DNA of 64,000 nucleotides from Macrostomum lignano (Eukaryota), in NCBI GenBank assembly GCA_002269645.1, contig NIVC01000769.1, positions 248,882-312,881 on the forward strand, in the 5' to 3' direction. Position 1 is the first letter of the stretch, and every line of letters starts with the position of its first letter. Shown piece after piece: positions 22,964-36,262 of this stretch. The notes under the pieces are model-generated. The model had not been told where the DNA came from. It worked only from the letters and a program-made list of their open reading frames with translations, and made no database searches. The position numbers and the translations under genes are program-made.

Positions 22964-25900
22964 ATGGCGGAAGCGCCAGCGGACTCTGGTGCCAATATTG
23001 ATGAAGCGGTCAGCCAGCTGGCCGAAGAAGCGCGCCTACTTGGCGTTGAATTACGCAGCGGCGCTTGGCGCGCTCAACGGCGCCTTCAACAGCTGACAGA
23101 GCGACTCAAGCCGGTTGAAGCTGAGCAATGCCGACTTGGGCGGCTGCGCGTCGATGCCCCCGACCTGCCGAGTGCGGACCTGCTGCGCGGTCTTGCCGGC
23201 CTGATGCAGCGCAACGAGATGCTGAGAGACCAAGTTGCTGAGCAGGAGTGCTCACTGCGACTACTGCTGGACCAGGTGCGTTGAGGCCCCCGTAGCTCCG
23301 CACTCGGCAACAGTTATTTTACAGTATAACTGCCAGTTGGTTAGGAGAGCCATGCTATTCCACCCACCCCTAGCAGCAGTGGCTCCGATTCGGATGCAGC
23401 AGGGAGATCCGGGTAGTGCCTGTGTCCGTCCTCAATGTTACGGACCAGTAGCACTTTGGTAGCGGACGAGCTGTCTGAAAATACAGGAGAGATCGGGGTT
23501 CGGGTCGATATAGTTAGTCTGTTCCGAGTAAAGGCGGGGCATTCGCTGATGAAGTGCTTCGCATTCACAATACTGGAGAGGCAGAATAGGCAGTTTTCAG
23601 TGCGGACTTTTTAGAAAGTTGATGTGTACTGACCAGGTGTTCTTGACACCTTGGGCTAGTTAACTAGGACTGGTTGAGATTGAAGAATTTTCGTCGAAAT
23701 CCTTTAATAACTCTCGATTATCTTGGCTGTAGTTAATTTGAATCTTGCTGACAATATAATGCAGGCAAGATTGAGGAATGTTGTGCCAAATGTTTACCGT
23801 CATGAAAATGCCTAATGGTCTTCAAACGGGGCTATGAGGCTGAAAGTCTATGAAGCTTTCAGGCCTGCCTCAAGTATCTTGCCAGTAACAGTGGGGTGTC
23901 AGTAACAGGAGACACCATCTACAGAGGCGCAGATCCCTGTGACTGATGCTGAAAGCTGTTTGGAACCAGCTGCTTTTCAGTGAGTGCATGACTACCTTTC
24001 AGCCTTTCAGGCGGGAAATTGCAGGGAAAAGTTTTCGGGGCAATTCTCGGACTCTTCAGTAAAAATTGTTAATGTGTCTGTTTATGCTCACCAGTACGAT
24101 CGCTAGATGCATACAGGGCACATTTGTTCTCGCTAATTCACTGATTATCTTCACCGGCCGAAATTGCAGGTGTCAGTCTATCAGGCGGCGGAGCGCCTAC
24201 CCGAGCTTGAGTCGGAGTGTCGCCGCCTCTCTGAGCAGCTGGCCAGACTGCCAGACTGCCAGACTGAGGCTTCGTCAGCGGCGTTTGGCGCCGATTCCAC
24301 CGAGTTGCTGTTTCAACTGAAAGCAACTGGAGAGCAGGTGATTGAGGACGTTAAATTTTAGTTCTTCTTACACTGTGTCTTTTCGAAAACCCTCAAACTG
24401 CACTTGACTGTAGTGCTTTTACCGTTTCGTCTTTAGATGGAGCTGGCCTATTCGGTTGCTATGGAAACGCAGCGAAAACTGTTGGAACTCTTGAACTCTG
24501 CTGCAGAGGAGCACGAGCGGACTTCAGCCAGATTGGAGGATCTGTTGTCTGAAACAGAGCTGGAACCGAATCCAGTGGAGGCAACCGTCATGGTTAGTGC
24601 ATGGGCAAATTGTACCGTGTCAGGATAGTTTAGAGCTAGCAAAGAAAAAAAAATCTTACGAAATTTTTTTTAGCTAAAAGCCGTTGCCAACAGAATTTTT
24701 CGCAATGCCAGGAATCGAATCGATTTGAACAAAGAGTACCTTGGCGAGACCGCGATCAAAAGTCTGCTCCAGATTATTCGAGTGAGTAATTCGTTTATGA
24801 TATTTATTGTTGTAAAATGAATAGCTTGAATGAAGGATATTTACATACCGATATAATAACTACGACCTATTTATACAGGAAGAGACGCTTCAAGCTGCAG
24901 GTAAAACCAACCAGTTGACCGAAAGCAAAGCACGTGCGGCGGCGGCTTACATTGATAAACCGAATTCTGATGAGGCGGAGGCGCGCAGGAATTTAGAAAT
25001 TTCTAGACAGGCTTTGGATTATAGCGAACCAGAAGAGCTCATTGGAAAGCCGCATGGAGTTGAAGTGGAACCAAATTCAGCTGCATCAAGACCTGGTTCA
25101 GGAAATTCTGCCAGAAGTTGCACCCAGGCCAGTATCCCTGAAGATGCTAGTTCCGTTGTGTCCTCATTCGTGGATTTGATTTCGCATAGCAGTTCAGCTG
25201 ACAAGGACCCAACAACTCTACAAGTTTCCAATGGGACAAAGTCTGCTAACCAGTCTGAAGTTCCCACAGAGCCCCGAGTTGGTGAGCTTGTAGCAGCCAC
25301 TGATCTCACCCAACAATCGTCTCGCAAAGGAGCGGAAGTTATTGAAAGCATATCAAAAGCTAGGGAGCTGAAAGTTCTCACAACAGACTCAAATGCTGTT
25401 GAGTTGGCAGAGGACGGCTTTTTGACCGTTCTTAATGACGATTCTGACCATTATTCGGTTTCTAGTGCAAAAGTTGGCCGATCAGTTGCAAGCACTCATC
25501 AAACGGACGTTGACCTGAGTCTGCTACTGGCTCCAAGCACAAAGTATTTTGATTCTGAGGAGAGAATTAAATACGAAGCTGCTACCTTTGATGAGATTTC
25601 GAGTGAAGAATCGTCTGAAATCCGGTCAATTGTTTCGATTAAGCCCGGTGGAGATTCTGATGCTGTCACCGATTGTGTCAGCAGTGCCAGTGCGAACTCC
25701 AACAACAGACAACAGCTGGAACAGCTGCTTTGCTCCTCCAATCAAGGAAATAAAGATAGAAGTAGTTGCAACTACAAACGCGGAACCTGTGCAATCAAAG
25801 CTGATAATAGTGCGAAACTGAATTTGAGTATCCATTTGACTAGTAAAGTGGACCAATTTGCTGGAGATGAAAGTCTGAGGACAAGCTTCCTGTCATCCGC

Positions 25901-28900
25901 AGTGCATCGGGAGGAATACGATTTTCCTACTAGTAGCAATACTACCAAAGACGGGTCGCTATCACGAAGCCAAGTTTCAAGCGAAAATGCTATGGTTGAA
26001 AGCAGGCTTATTTCGCAAGCCGGGGCTTCTCTAAATGAGGCTAATGATGAAAAGCTGACTTTGACGGAACCTGCCCCCGCCACAGTTGAAGGTATTGAAG
26101 AGAACCTACCGATATCGAAGATTGAAAGTTCGCACTGCGATTCTATCGTTGATGGCAGACAAGCTTTAGGAGCGAAAATCGCATCACTCGAAACTGGTAT
26201 TGCTGTAGAGGTGCCCTTGCCTGACGCTAAAGCGTCCAAAGTGCAGGATGTCATGGAGGAAACCCCGAACTCAGCAAGAAAGTCCCTTGTAGCATCAAAG
26301 ACAACATTGAAAAACAACTGGGCGTCAGAAATCCAAGCCTCTTCAGACGGAAGCATAATTAAAGGTGCGTCCACTACTGAGACAGATGTTTTAACTACAG
26401 AGTTTGTTCAGAGAGCAATGCTGGCTTCTGAGACCAAAGCTTACCAGGATAAGTACAGTGAGTCGAATTTGGAATTAGAAGTTTCACATATGAAAGAAAG
26501 AGACTCGAATGCTGGGAGCAAACTCATATTGCCGAAGAGGGATTTAGAAGAGAAGCCGACCTCTCACTTACATACGCATGTGATGGATAATGTTGAAGAG
26601 AGGCGAAGCTCTATTGCTGAACATTCAATTTTGGCTAGTTTTGTTGCGAAGAATCCAAATTTTTCGGCCAATGTTTCACCAGTCAGTGAGTCTCAGGCTT
26701 GTAAAACTAAACTTCCGCACATGAAGGCTGTGATGCAAGTTGAGTCATTTTTTGAAGCTGACATTTTTGCCAGTGCTGTTGAAAGCGAGCCGAACTTACA
26801 GTCGGATGTTTTACGTACGCAAAGCGCTTTAGAGGATATCTTCACCCCACAGACTAGAGGCACTGTTGAGCACGAGCCCACTTTGCCTTCTCGGATGTTT
26901 CCTAAAATCGCGGTGTTGAAAGAGGTTTCACAAATCGAAGCTCCAGCATCTACTAAGGGTAGTGTAGAAGATGAACAGACTTCTAAGAACCAATTCGCTT
27001 CTGTAGGCGAATGCTGCGAAGAAATTCCTACTTTTGAGACGCAAACTTTACAGGCTAAGGTAATCGATGAAGACAGACCCACGTCAGATAAGGCGTCTTT
27101 AACACTTTCCAGAAGTTGCAATCACGAAATTCAGAGCTTCCCTAAACAAAAGCCGACTTTTGAGAGCATTTTAAATGCGAATGACATTGCGAAACTGACG
27201 CTTACTCGAAAGGCCGAAGTTTCACGCGTGATAGACTCCGACGAAGAATCACTGATTTCAGTGACTGAAAATTCATCCGTAGTAAGCAGAACGAAAGAGA
27301 ATCTGGCGTCTGGGACCGACGCAGAAATACAGAGGATGAGAGTCCAGCTTCACAGACTCAAGATTTATGCGTGACGGGCACTTGAAAGAGACTCCAACAT
27401 TAGAGACGGTTTTCAAACAATTGGAATGAAAATCCTATACGAGCATAATTTTTCAGTAAGCCTAGATGAGACACCGACTGTAGAGACCGAAATTTCTCAC
27501 GCATCGGAAACTACGGGTTCAGCCCCGACATCAGAGACTGAAGGCTCTATCCTTCAAACATTCCGATTCAGAGATCACACGTAGAAAATTCCAAAGAAAC
27601 GCCGGAGGACTTATGTGTGATGAATAGTACCGCGAAGAAACAGAAGTCAACGTCAGCGGCTGAAAATTCGCGTATAGGCATGATAAACACTAAGAAAACG
27701 TCTCCTATTACAGCAGATGTTCAGAGTTCAGCAGATGGAAGAATTCCAACATCAAGTATCAACGTTCTACGCGTCAAAGATGCCGAAGAACTGAATAAAA
27801 CCCCTGAGTCCAAAGGTTCAAGCCTGATTGACGCCGCAGAAGATGCTCAAACTTCAGCGATAGAAATTTCAAAAGAATTAGAGACCGAATTTCACGCGTC
27901 ATTGACACAGAGAAAGTGAATCTGACTTCAAAGACGAAAGTTTTGCGCGTAATGGACCCTATGACGAATACTTCCGCTTTAAATGCCCAAACTTCGCTAG
28001 CACTGGGAATAGACTGTCAGGAAGAGACTTTGAAATCAGACACCGAAGGTTCAGTCAGTAAGGATGCTGAAGAAAATAATCTGTCATTCCGACAGCTTCC
28101 GACTTTAATGTCAGAATGTTTTCTCAGGGAGGATACTGAGGATAGAAAACTTACCTCAGAGACTGAAGGTTTAGGCCTGAATGAGGAGAATTTCACTTTA
28201 AAGAAAAGTAAAACGCCTGCAGGTTTTCAACAGTAGAGCCGGGTTCAAAGCGTGTCGGTCAGCCAGCTACTAGTGGAGCAGCTTCAGACACTGACAAGGT
28301 GGAGACGGATGCAGAGCGTGTCGATCAGCCAGCTAATAGTGCAGCAGCTTCAGATACTGACAAGGTGGAGCCGGATGCTGAGCGTGTCGATCAGCCAGCT
28401 AAGAGTGCAGCAGCTTCAGATACTGACCTGGTGGAGCCGGATGCAGAGCGTGTCGATCAGCCAGCTAATAGTGGAGCAGCTTCAGATACTGACCTGGTGG
28501 AGCCGGATGCAGAGCGTGTCGATCAGCCAGCTAATAGTGGAGCAGCTTCAGACACTGACCAGGTGGAGCCGGATGCAGAGCGTGTCGATCAGCCAGCTAC
28601 TAGTGGAGCAGCTTCAGATACTGACCTGGTGGAGCCGGATGCAGAGCGTGTCGATCAGCCAGCTAATAGTGCAGCAGCTTCAGATACTGACAAGGTGGAG
28701 CCGGATGCTGAGCGTGTCGATCAGCCAGCTAAGAGTGCAGCAGCTTCAGACACTGACCTGGTGAAGCCGGATGCAGAGCGTGTCGATCAGCCAGCTAATA
28801 GTGCAGCAGCTTCAGATACTGACCTGGTGGAGCCGATGCAGAGCCAGCTAATAGTGGACCAGCTTCAGATACTGACCTGGTGGAGCCAGATGCAGAGCCA

Positions 28901-31900
28901 GCTAATAGTGCAGCAGCTTCAGATACTGACAAGGTGGAGCCGGAGGCAGAGCGTGTCGATCAGCCAGCTAATAGTGCAGCAGCTTCAGACACTGACCTGG
29001 TGGAGCCGGATGCAGAGCGTGTCGAACAGCCAGCTAATAGTGCAGCAGCTTCAAGTATTAACCAGGTGGAGCCGGATACAGAGCCAGCTAATAATAGAGC
29101 AGCTTCAGACACTGACCAGGTGGAGCCGGATGCAGAGCGTGTCGATCAGCCAGCTAATAGTGCAGCAGCTTCAGATACTGACCTGGTGGAGCCGGATGCA
29201 GAGCGTGTCGATCAGCCAGCTAATAGTGGAGCAGCTTCAGATACTGACCTGGTGGAGCCGGATGCAGAGCGTGTCGATCAGCCAGCTAATAGTGGAGCAG
29301 CTTCAGATACTGACCTGGTGGAGCCGGAGCAGAGCGTGTCGATCAGCCAGCTAATAGTGCAGCAGCTTCAGACACTGACCTGGTGGAGCCGGATGCAGAG
29401 CGTGTCGATCAGCCAGCTAATAGTGCAGCAGCTTCAGACGCTGACAAGGTGGAGCCGGAGGCAGAGCCAGCTAATAGTGGACCAGCTTCAGACACTGACC
29501 TGGTGGAGCCGGATGCAGAGCGTGTCGATCAGCCAGCTAATAGTGGACCAGCTTCAGACACTGACCTGGTGGAGCCGGATGCAGAGCGTGTCGATCAGCC
29601 AGCTAATAGTGGAGCAGCTTCAGACGCTGACCTAGTGGAGCCGGATGCAGAGCGTGTCGATCAGCCAGCTAATAGTGCAGCAGCTTCAGATACTGACAAG
29701 GTGGAGCCGGATGCAGAGCGTGTCGAACAGCCAGCTAATAGTGCAGCAGCTTCAAGTATTAACCAGGTGGAGCCGGATACAGAGCCAGCTAATAATGGAG
29801 CAGCTTCAGACACTGACCAGGTGGAGCCGGATGCAGAGCGTGTCGATCAGCCAGCTAATAGTGCAGCAGCTTCAGATACTGACAAGGTGGAGCCGGATGC
29901 AGAGCTTGTCGATCAGCCAGCTAATAGTGGAGCAGCTTCAGATACTGACCTGGTGGAGCCGGATGCAGAGCGTGTCGATCAGCCAGCTAATAGTGCAGCA
30001 GCTTCAAGTATTAACCAGGTGGAGCCGGATGCAGAGCCAGCTAATAATGGAGCAGCTTCAGACACTGACCAGGTGGAGCCGGATGCAGAGCGTGTCGATC
30101 AGCCAGCTAATAGTGGAGCAGCTTCAGATACTGACCTGGTGGAGCCGGATGCAGAGCGTGTCGATCAGCCAGCTAATAGTGGAGCAGCTTCAGATACTGA
30201 CCTGGTGGAGCCGGATGCTGAGCGTGTCGATCAGCCAGCTAAGAGTGCAGCAGCTTCAGACACTGACCTGGTGGAGCCGGATGCAGAGCGTGTTGATCAG
30301 CCAGCTAATAGTGCAGCAGCTTCAGACGCTGACAAGCTGGAGCCGGAGGCAGAGCCAGCTAATAGTGGACCAGCTTCAGACACTGACCTGGTGGAGCCGG
30401 ATGCAGAGCGTGTCGATCAGCCAGCTAATAGTGCAGCAGCTTCAGATACTGACAAGGTGGAGCCGGATGCAGAGCGTGTCGATCAGCCAGCTAATAGTGC
30501 AGCAGCTTCAAGTATTAACCAGGTGGAGCCGGATGCAGAGCCAGCTAATAATGGAGCAGCTTCAGACACTGACCAGGTGGAGCCGGATGCAGAGCGTGTC
30601 GATCAGCCAGCTAATAGTGGAGCAGCTTCAGATACTGACCTGGTGGAGCCGGATGCAGAGCGTGTCGATCAGCCAGCTAATAGTGGAGCAGCTTCAGATA
30701 CTGACCTGGTGGAGCCAGATGCTGAGCGTGTCGATCAGCCAGCTAAGAGTGCAGCAGCTTCAGACACTGACCTGGTGGAGCCGGATGCAGAGCGTGTTGA
30801 TCAGCCAGCTAATAGTGTAGCAGCTTCAGACGCTGACAAGGTGGAGCCGGATGCAGAGCCAGCTAATAATGGAGCAGCTTCAGATACTGACCTGGTGGAG
30901 CCGGATGCAGAGCGTGTCGATCAGCCAGCTAATAGTGCAGCAGCTTCAAGTATTAACCAGGTGGAGCCGGATGCAGAGCCAGCTAATAATGGAGCAGCTT
31001 CAGACACTGACCAGGTGGAGCCGGATGCAGAGCGTGTCGATCAGCCAGCTAATAGTGGACCAGCTTCAGACACTGACCTGGTGGAGCCGGATGCAGAGCG
31101 TGTCGATCAGCCAGCTAATAGTGCAGCAGCTTCAGATACTGACCTGGTGGAGCCGGATGCAGAGCGTGTCGATCAGCCAGCTAATAGTGGAGCAGCTTCA
31201 GATACTGACAAGGTGGAGCCGGATGCAGAGCGTGTCGATCAGCCAGCTAATAGTGCAGCAGCTTCAGACACTGACCTGGTGGAGCCGGATGCAGAGCGTG
31301 TCCATCAGCCAGCTAATAGTGCAGCAGCTTCAGATACTGACCTGGTGGAGCCGGATGCAGAGCGTGTCGATCAGCCAGCTAATAGTGCAGCAGCTTCAGA
31401 TACTGACAAGGTGGAGCCGGATGCAGAGCGTGTCGATCAGCCAGCTAATAGTGGAGCAGCTTCAGACGCTGACCTAGTGGAGCCGGATGCAGAGCGTGTC
31501 GATCAGCCAGCTAATAGTGCAGCAGCTTCAGACGCTGACCTGGTGGAGCCGGATGCTGAGCGTGTCGATCAGCCAGCTAATAGTGCAGCAGCTTCAGACG
31601 CTGACCTGGTGGAGCCGGAGGCAGAGCCAGCTAATAGTGGACCAGCTTCAGACACTGACCTGGTGGAGCCGGATGCAGAGCGTGTCGATCAGCCAGCTAA
31701 TAGTGCAGCAGCTTCAGATACTGACCTGGTGGAGCCGGATGCAGAGCGTGTCGATCAGCCAGCTAATAGTGCAGCAGCTTCAGATACTGACCAGGTGGAG
31801 CCGGATGCAGAGCGTGTCGATCAGCCAGCTAATAGTGGAGCAGCTTCAGATACTGACCTGGTGGAGCCGGATGCAGAGCGTGTCGATCAGCCAGCTAATA

Positions 31901-33726
31901 GTGCAGCAGCTTCAGATACTGACAAGGTGGAGCCGGATGCAGAGCGTGTCGAACAGCCAGCTAATAGTGCAGCAGCTTCAAGTATTAACCAGGTGGAGCC
32001 GGATACAGAGCCAGCTAATAATAGAGCAGCTTCAGACACTGACCTGGTGGAGCCGGATGCAGAGCGTGTCGATCAGCCAGCTAATAGTGCAGCAGCTTCA
32101 GATACTGACCTGGTGGAGCCGGATGCAGAGTGTGTCGATCAGCCAGCTAATAGTGGAGCAGCTTCAGATACTGACCTGGTGGAGCCGGATGCAGAGCGTG
32201 TCGATCAGCCAGCTAATAGTGGAGCAGCTTCAGATACTGACCTGGTGGAGCCGGATGCAGAGCGTGTCGATCAGCCAGCTAATAGTGCAGCAGCTTCAAG
32301 TATTAACCAGGTGGAGCCGGATGCAGAGCCAGCTAATAATGGAGCAGCTTCAGACACTGACCAGGTGGAGCCGGATGCAGAGCGTGTCGATCAGCCAGCT
32401 ACTAATGGAGCAGCTTCAGATACTGACCTGGTGGAGCTAGATGCAGAGCGTGTCGATCAGCCAGCTAATAGTGGAGCAGCTTCAGATACTGACAAGGTGG
32501 AGCCGGATGCAGAGCGTGTCGATCAGCCAGCTAATAGTGCAGCAGCTTCAAGTATTAACCAGGTGGAGCCGGATGCAGAGCCAGCTAATAATGGAGCAGC
32601 TTCAGACACTGACCAGGTGGAGCCGGATGCAGAGCGTGTCGATCAGCCAGCTACTAGTGGAGCAGCTTCAGATACTGACCTGGTGGAGCTAGATGCAGAG
32701 CGTGTCGATCAGCCAGCTAATAGTGGAGCAGCTTCAGATACTGACAAGGTGGAGCCGGATGCAGAGCGTGTCGATCAGCCAGCTAAGAATGCAGCAGCTT
32801 CAGACACTGACCTGGTGGAGCCGGATGCAGAGCGTGTTGATCAGCCAGCTAATAGTGGAGCAGCTTCAGACACTGACCAGGTGGAGCCGGAGGCAGAGCC
32901 AGCTAATAGTGCAGCAGCTTCAGACAGTGACCTGGTGGAGCCGGAGGCAGAGCCAGCTAATAGTGCAGCAGCTTCAGACACTGACCTGGTGGAGCCGGAG
33001 GCAGAGCCAGCTAATAGTGCAGCAGCTTCAGACACTGACCTGGTGGAGCCGGAGGCAGAGCCAGCTAATAGTGCAGCAGCTTCAGACACTGACCTGGTGG
33101 AGCCGGAGGCAGAGCCAGCTAATAGTGCAGCAGCTTCAGACACTGACCTGGTGGAGCCGGAGGCAGAGCCAGCTAATAGTGCAGCAGCTTCAGATACTGA
33201 CCAGGTGGAGCCGGATGCAGAGCGTATCGATCAGCTAACTAAGAGTGGAGCAGCTTCAGGTGTTGATAAGGTGGATTTAAGTGCAGAGCCAGTTGATCAC
33301 TCATCATCACAGTCCAGGGTAGTTACAGGTGTTTACCATGTAGAGCCAAAGGCAGGGCATTTCGTTCAGCCAGCTAAGAGTGAAGCACCTGTTGGTATTA
33401 ACCAAGTGAAGCCCGGTGCAGAGCTTATTGATCAGTCAACTAATAGTGGATTGGATTCTGGTGTTTACGAGGTGGAACCGGAAGTAGAGCGTGTTGATCA
33501 ATCATCTCAGTCCAGAGCAGTCGCAGGTGTTGACCAGGTGGAGCTAAATGCGGAACGTGTTGATCATCAAGATAAGAGTAAAGCAGCTTCAGGCGTTGAC
33601 CAGGTGGAGCCGGATGCAGAGCGTGTTGATCAGCCAGCTAATAATGCAGCAGCTTCAGGTATTAACCAGGTGGAGTCGGATGCAGACCGCATCGATCCCG
33701 GTGACCAAAAAGTGAGAGCTAAATAA
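22964..33726 (+). CDS. Giant protein (~3,200 aa if frameshifts are repaired): coiled-coil N-terminus, FKBP15-C-terminal-like motif, Ser/Glu/Thr-rich region and long acidic tandem repeat. Exons 22964-23275, 24170-24337, 24437-24592, 24674-24781, 24879-33726; the last exon has several frameshifts.
   Basis: Four phase-0 GT-AG introns join into one frame that continues into the 819-aa ORF. LKAVANRIFRNARNRIDLNKEYLGETAIKSLLQIIREETLQ resembles the recalled FKBP15 C-terminal segment (KKIMNQVFQSLRREFELEESYNGRTILGTIMNTIKMVTLQ). One-base breaks at ~27330-28240, ~28835 and ~29330. The true start is uncertain. Confidence 0.72.
23341..23830 (-). mobile_element. Decayed non-LTR retrotransposon 3' remnant in intron 1 of the giant gene
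   Basis: Minus-strand CLFCLSSIVNAKHFISECPAF is a CCHC knuckle of the kind found after the RT in several LINE clades. Upstream LGIFMTVNIWHNIP resembles a LINE C-terminal motif. Stops and frameshifts present. Confidence 0.4.
28240..33240 (+). repeat. Coding tandem array: 66-bp unit (VEPDAERVDQPANSAAASDTDL) interspersed with a 54-bp unit (VEPEAEPANSAAASDTDL)
   Basis: Roughly 75 units; unit lengths are multiples of 3; 1447-aa uninterrupted ORF at 29383-33726. Confidence 0.95.
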
Positions 33727-34194
33727 TTTTTTGAACGTTGTAAATTTTAGCATTTAGGCATTTAATTACTGAAGGAGTTTAAAATTTGTTTCGAATTGGC
33801 TGTGCTCTGATTTACAGAGTTCTACGCTGTCGGCACTGTTTGCTCGCACCCTGCGACGCGGGTGCTGCCCGCTGTAGCTGTGCGGGACAGACAAACTTCA
33901 AGAGAAAAAAGTAAAATTAGTAATAATTGTGCGCTGATTGGCAGCAATCGTAAAGAGCTGCGTTTACCTTAAGACTGAAAATTTTATTGAAATCGATTTG
34001 CCGCTGAAAATTATCTTTGATCCTAAATTTTCAATCAATGTTGCGATCTCGATATTACATTTGAGTCTGATAGTACTCAACTGTTACCTGTAGCGCGTAG
34101 TTTGCATCACAGCTTATGAGCTGTCGCTTCTCCGACCTTATTTATCCCAAGAAGTTGGGATGCTATAGTTTTAAAGCAGCATTCAGTCATGAGA

Positions 34195-36262
34195 AACAGG
34201 GATCCAATCTCCATAGGAAATAGGGATACTATCCCCATGCAAAAAAGGGATACCATCCCCATGGGAAACAGGGATACCATCCCCATGGGAAACAGGGACA
34301 CATCCCCATGGGAAACAGAGACACATCCCCATGGGAAACAGAGACACATCCCCATGGGAAACAGAGACACATCCCCATGGGAAACAGAGACACATCCCCA
34401 TGGGAAACAGGGACACATCCCCATGGGAAACAGGGACACCATCCCCATGGGAAACAGGGACACATCCCCATGGGAAACAGAGACACATCCCCATGGGAAA
34501 CAGGGACACCATCCCATGGGAAACAGGGACACCATCCCCATGGGAAACAGGGACACCATCCCCATGGGAAACAGGGACACATCCCCATGGGAAACAGAGA
34601 CACATCCCCATAAGAAACAGAGACACATCCCCATGGGAAACAGAGACACATCCCCATGGGAAACAGAGACACATCCCTATGGGAAACAGAGACACATCCC
34701 CATGGGAAACAGAGACACCATCCCCATGGGAAACAGGGACACATCCCCATGGGAAACAGGGACACATCCCCATGGGAAACAGGGACACCATCATCATGGG
34801 AAACAGGGACACATCCCCATGGGAAACAGAGACACATCCCCATGGGAAACAGGGACACATCCCCATGGGAAACAGGGACACCATCCCCATGGGAAACAGA
34901 GACACATCCCCATGGGAAACAGGGACACATCCCCATGGGAAACAGGGACACCATCATCATGGGAAACAGAGACACATCCCCATGGGAAACAGAGACACAT
35001 CCCCATGGGAAACAGGGACACCATCCCCATGGGAAACAGGGACACCATCCCCATAAGAAACAGGGACACCATCCCCATGGGAAACAGGGACACCATCATC
35101 ATGGGAAACAGAGACACATCCCCATGGGAAACAGAGACACATCCCCATAAGAAACAGAGACACATCCCCATGGGAAACAGAGACACATCCCCATGGGAAA
35201 CAGAGACACATCCCTATGGGAAACAGAGACACATCCCCATGGGAAACAGAGACACATCCCCATAAGAAACAGAGACACATCCCCATGGGAAACAGAGACA
35301 CATCCCCATGGGAAACAGGGACACATCCCCATGGGAAACAGGGACACCATCATCATGGGAAACAGAGACACATCCCCATGGGAAACAGAGACACATCCCC
35401 ATGGGAAACAGGGACACCATCCCCATGGGAAACAGGGACACATCCCCATGGGAAACAGAGACACATCCCCATGGGAAACAGGGACACCATCCCCATGGGA
35501 AACAGGGACACCATCCCCATGGGAAACAGGGACACCATCCCCATGGGAAACAGGGACACATCCCCATGGGAAACAGAGACACATCCCCATAAGAAACAGA
35601 GACACATCCCCATGGGAAACAGAGACACATCCCCATGGGAAACAGAGACACATCCCTATGGGAAACAGAGACACATCCCCATGGGAAACAGAGACACCAT
35701 CCCCATGGGAAACAGGGACACATCCCTATGGGAAACAGAGACACATCCCCATGGGAAACAGGGACACCATCCCCATGGGAAACAGGGACACATCCCCATG
35801 GGAAACAGGGACACATCCCCATGGGAAACAGGGACACCATCCCCATGGGAAACAGGGACACCATCCCCATAAGAAACAGGGACACCATCCCCATGGGAAA
35901 CAGGGACACCATCATCATGGGAAACAGAGACACATCCCCATGGGAAACAGAGACACATCCCCATGGGAAACAGGGACACCATCCCCATGGGAAACAGGGA
36001 CACCATCCCCATAAGAAACAGGGACACCATCCCCATGGGAAACAGGGACACCATCCCCATGGGAAACAGGGACACCATCATCATGGGAAACAGAGACACA
36101 TCCCCATGGGAAACAGAGACACATCCCCATAAGAAACAGAGACACATCCCCATGGGAAACAGAGACACATCCCCATGGGAAACAGAGACACATCCCTATG
36201 GGAAACAGAGACACATCCCCATGGGAAACAGAGACACCATCCCCATGGGAAACAGGGACACA
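34195..36262. repeat. 23/24-bp minisatellite (CATCCCCATGGGAAACAGAGACA / CCATCCCCATGGGAAACAGGGACA), ~2.07 kb
   Basis: About 90 units of mixed 23/24 bp with a CCCATGGG palindromic core; source of many spurious ORFs. Confidence 0.97.

Noticed and set aside
28252-33238. MQSVSISQLIVQQLQILTWWSR-type ORFs
   Set aside because: Alternative frame of the coding repeat, repeatedly interrupted by stops. The acidic frame is the continuous one (1447 aa).
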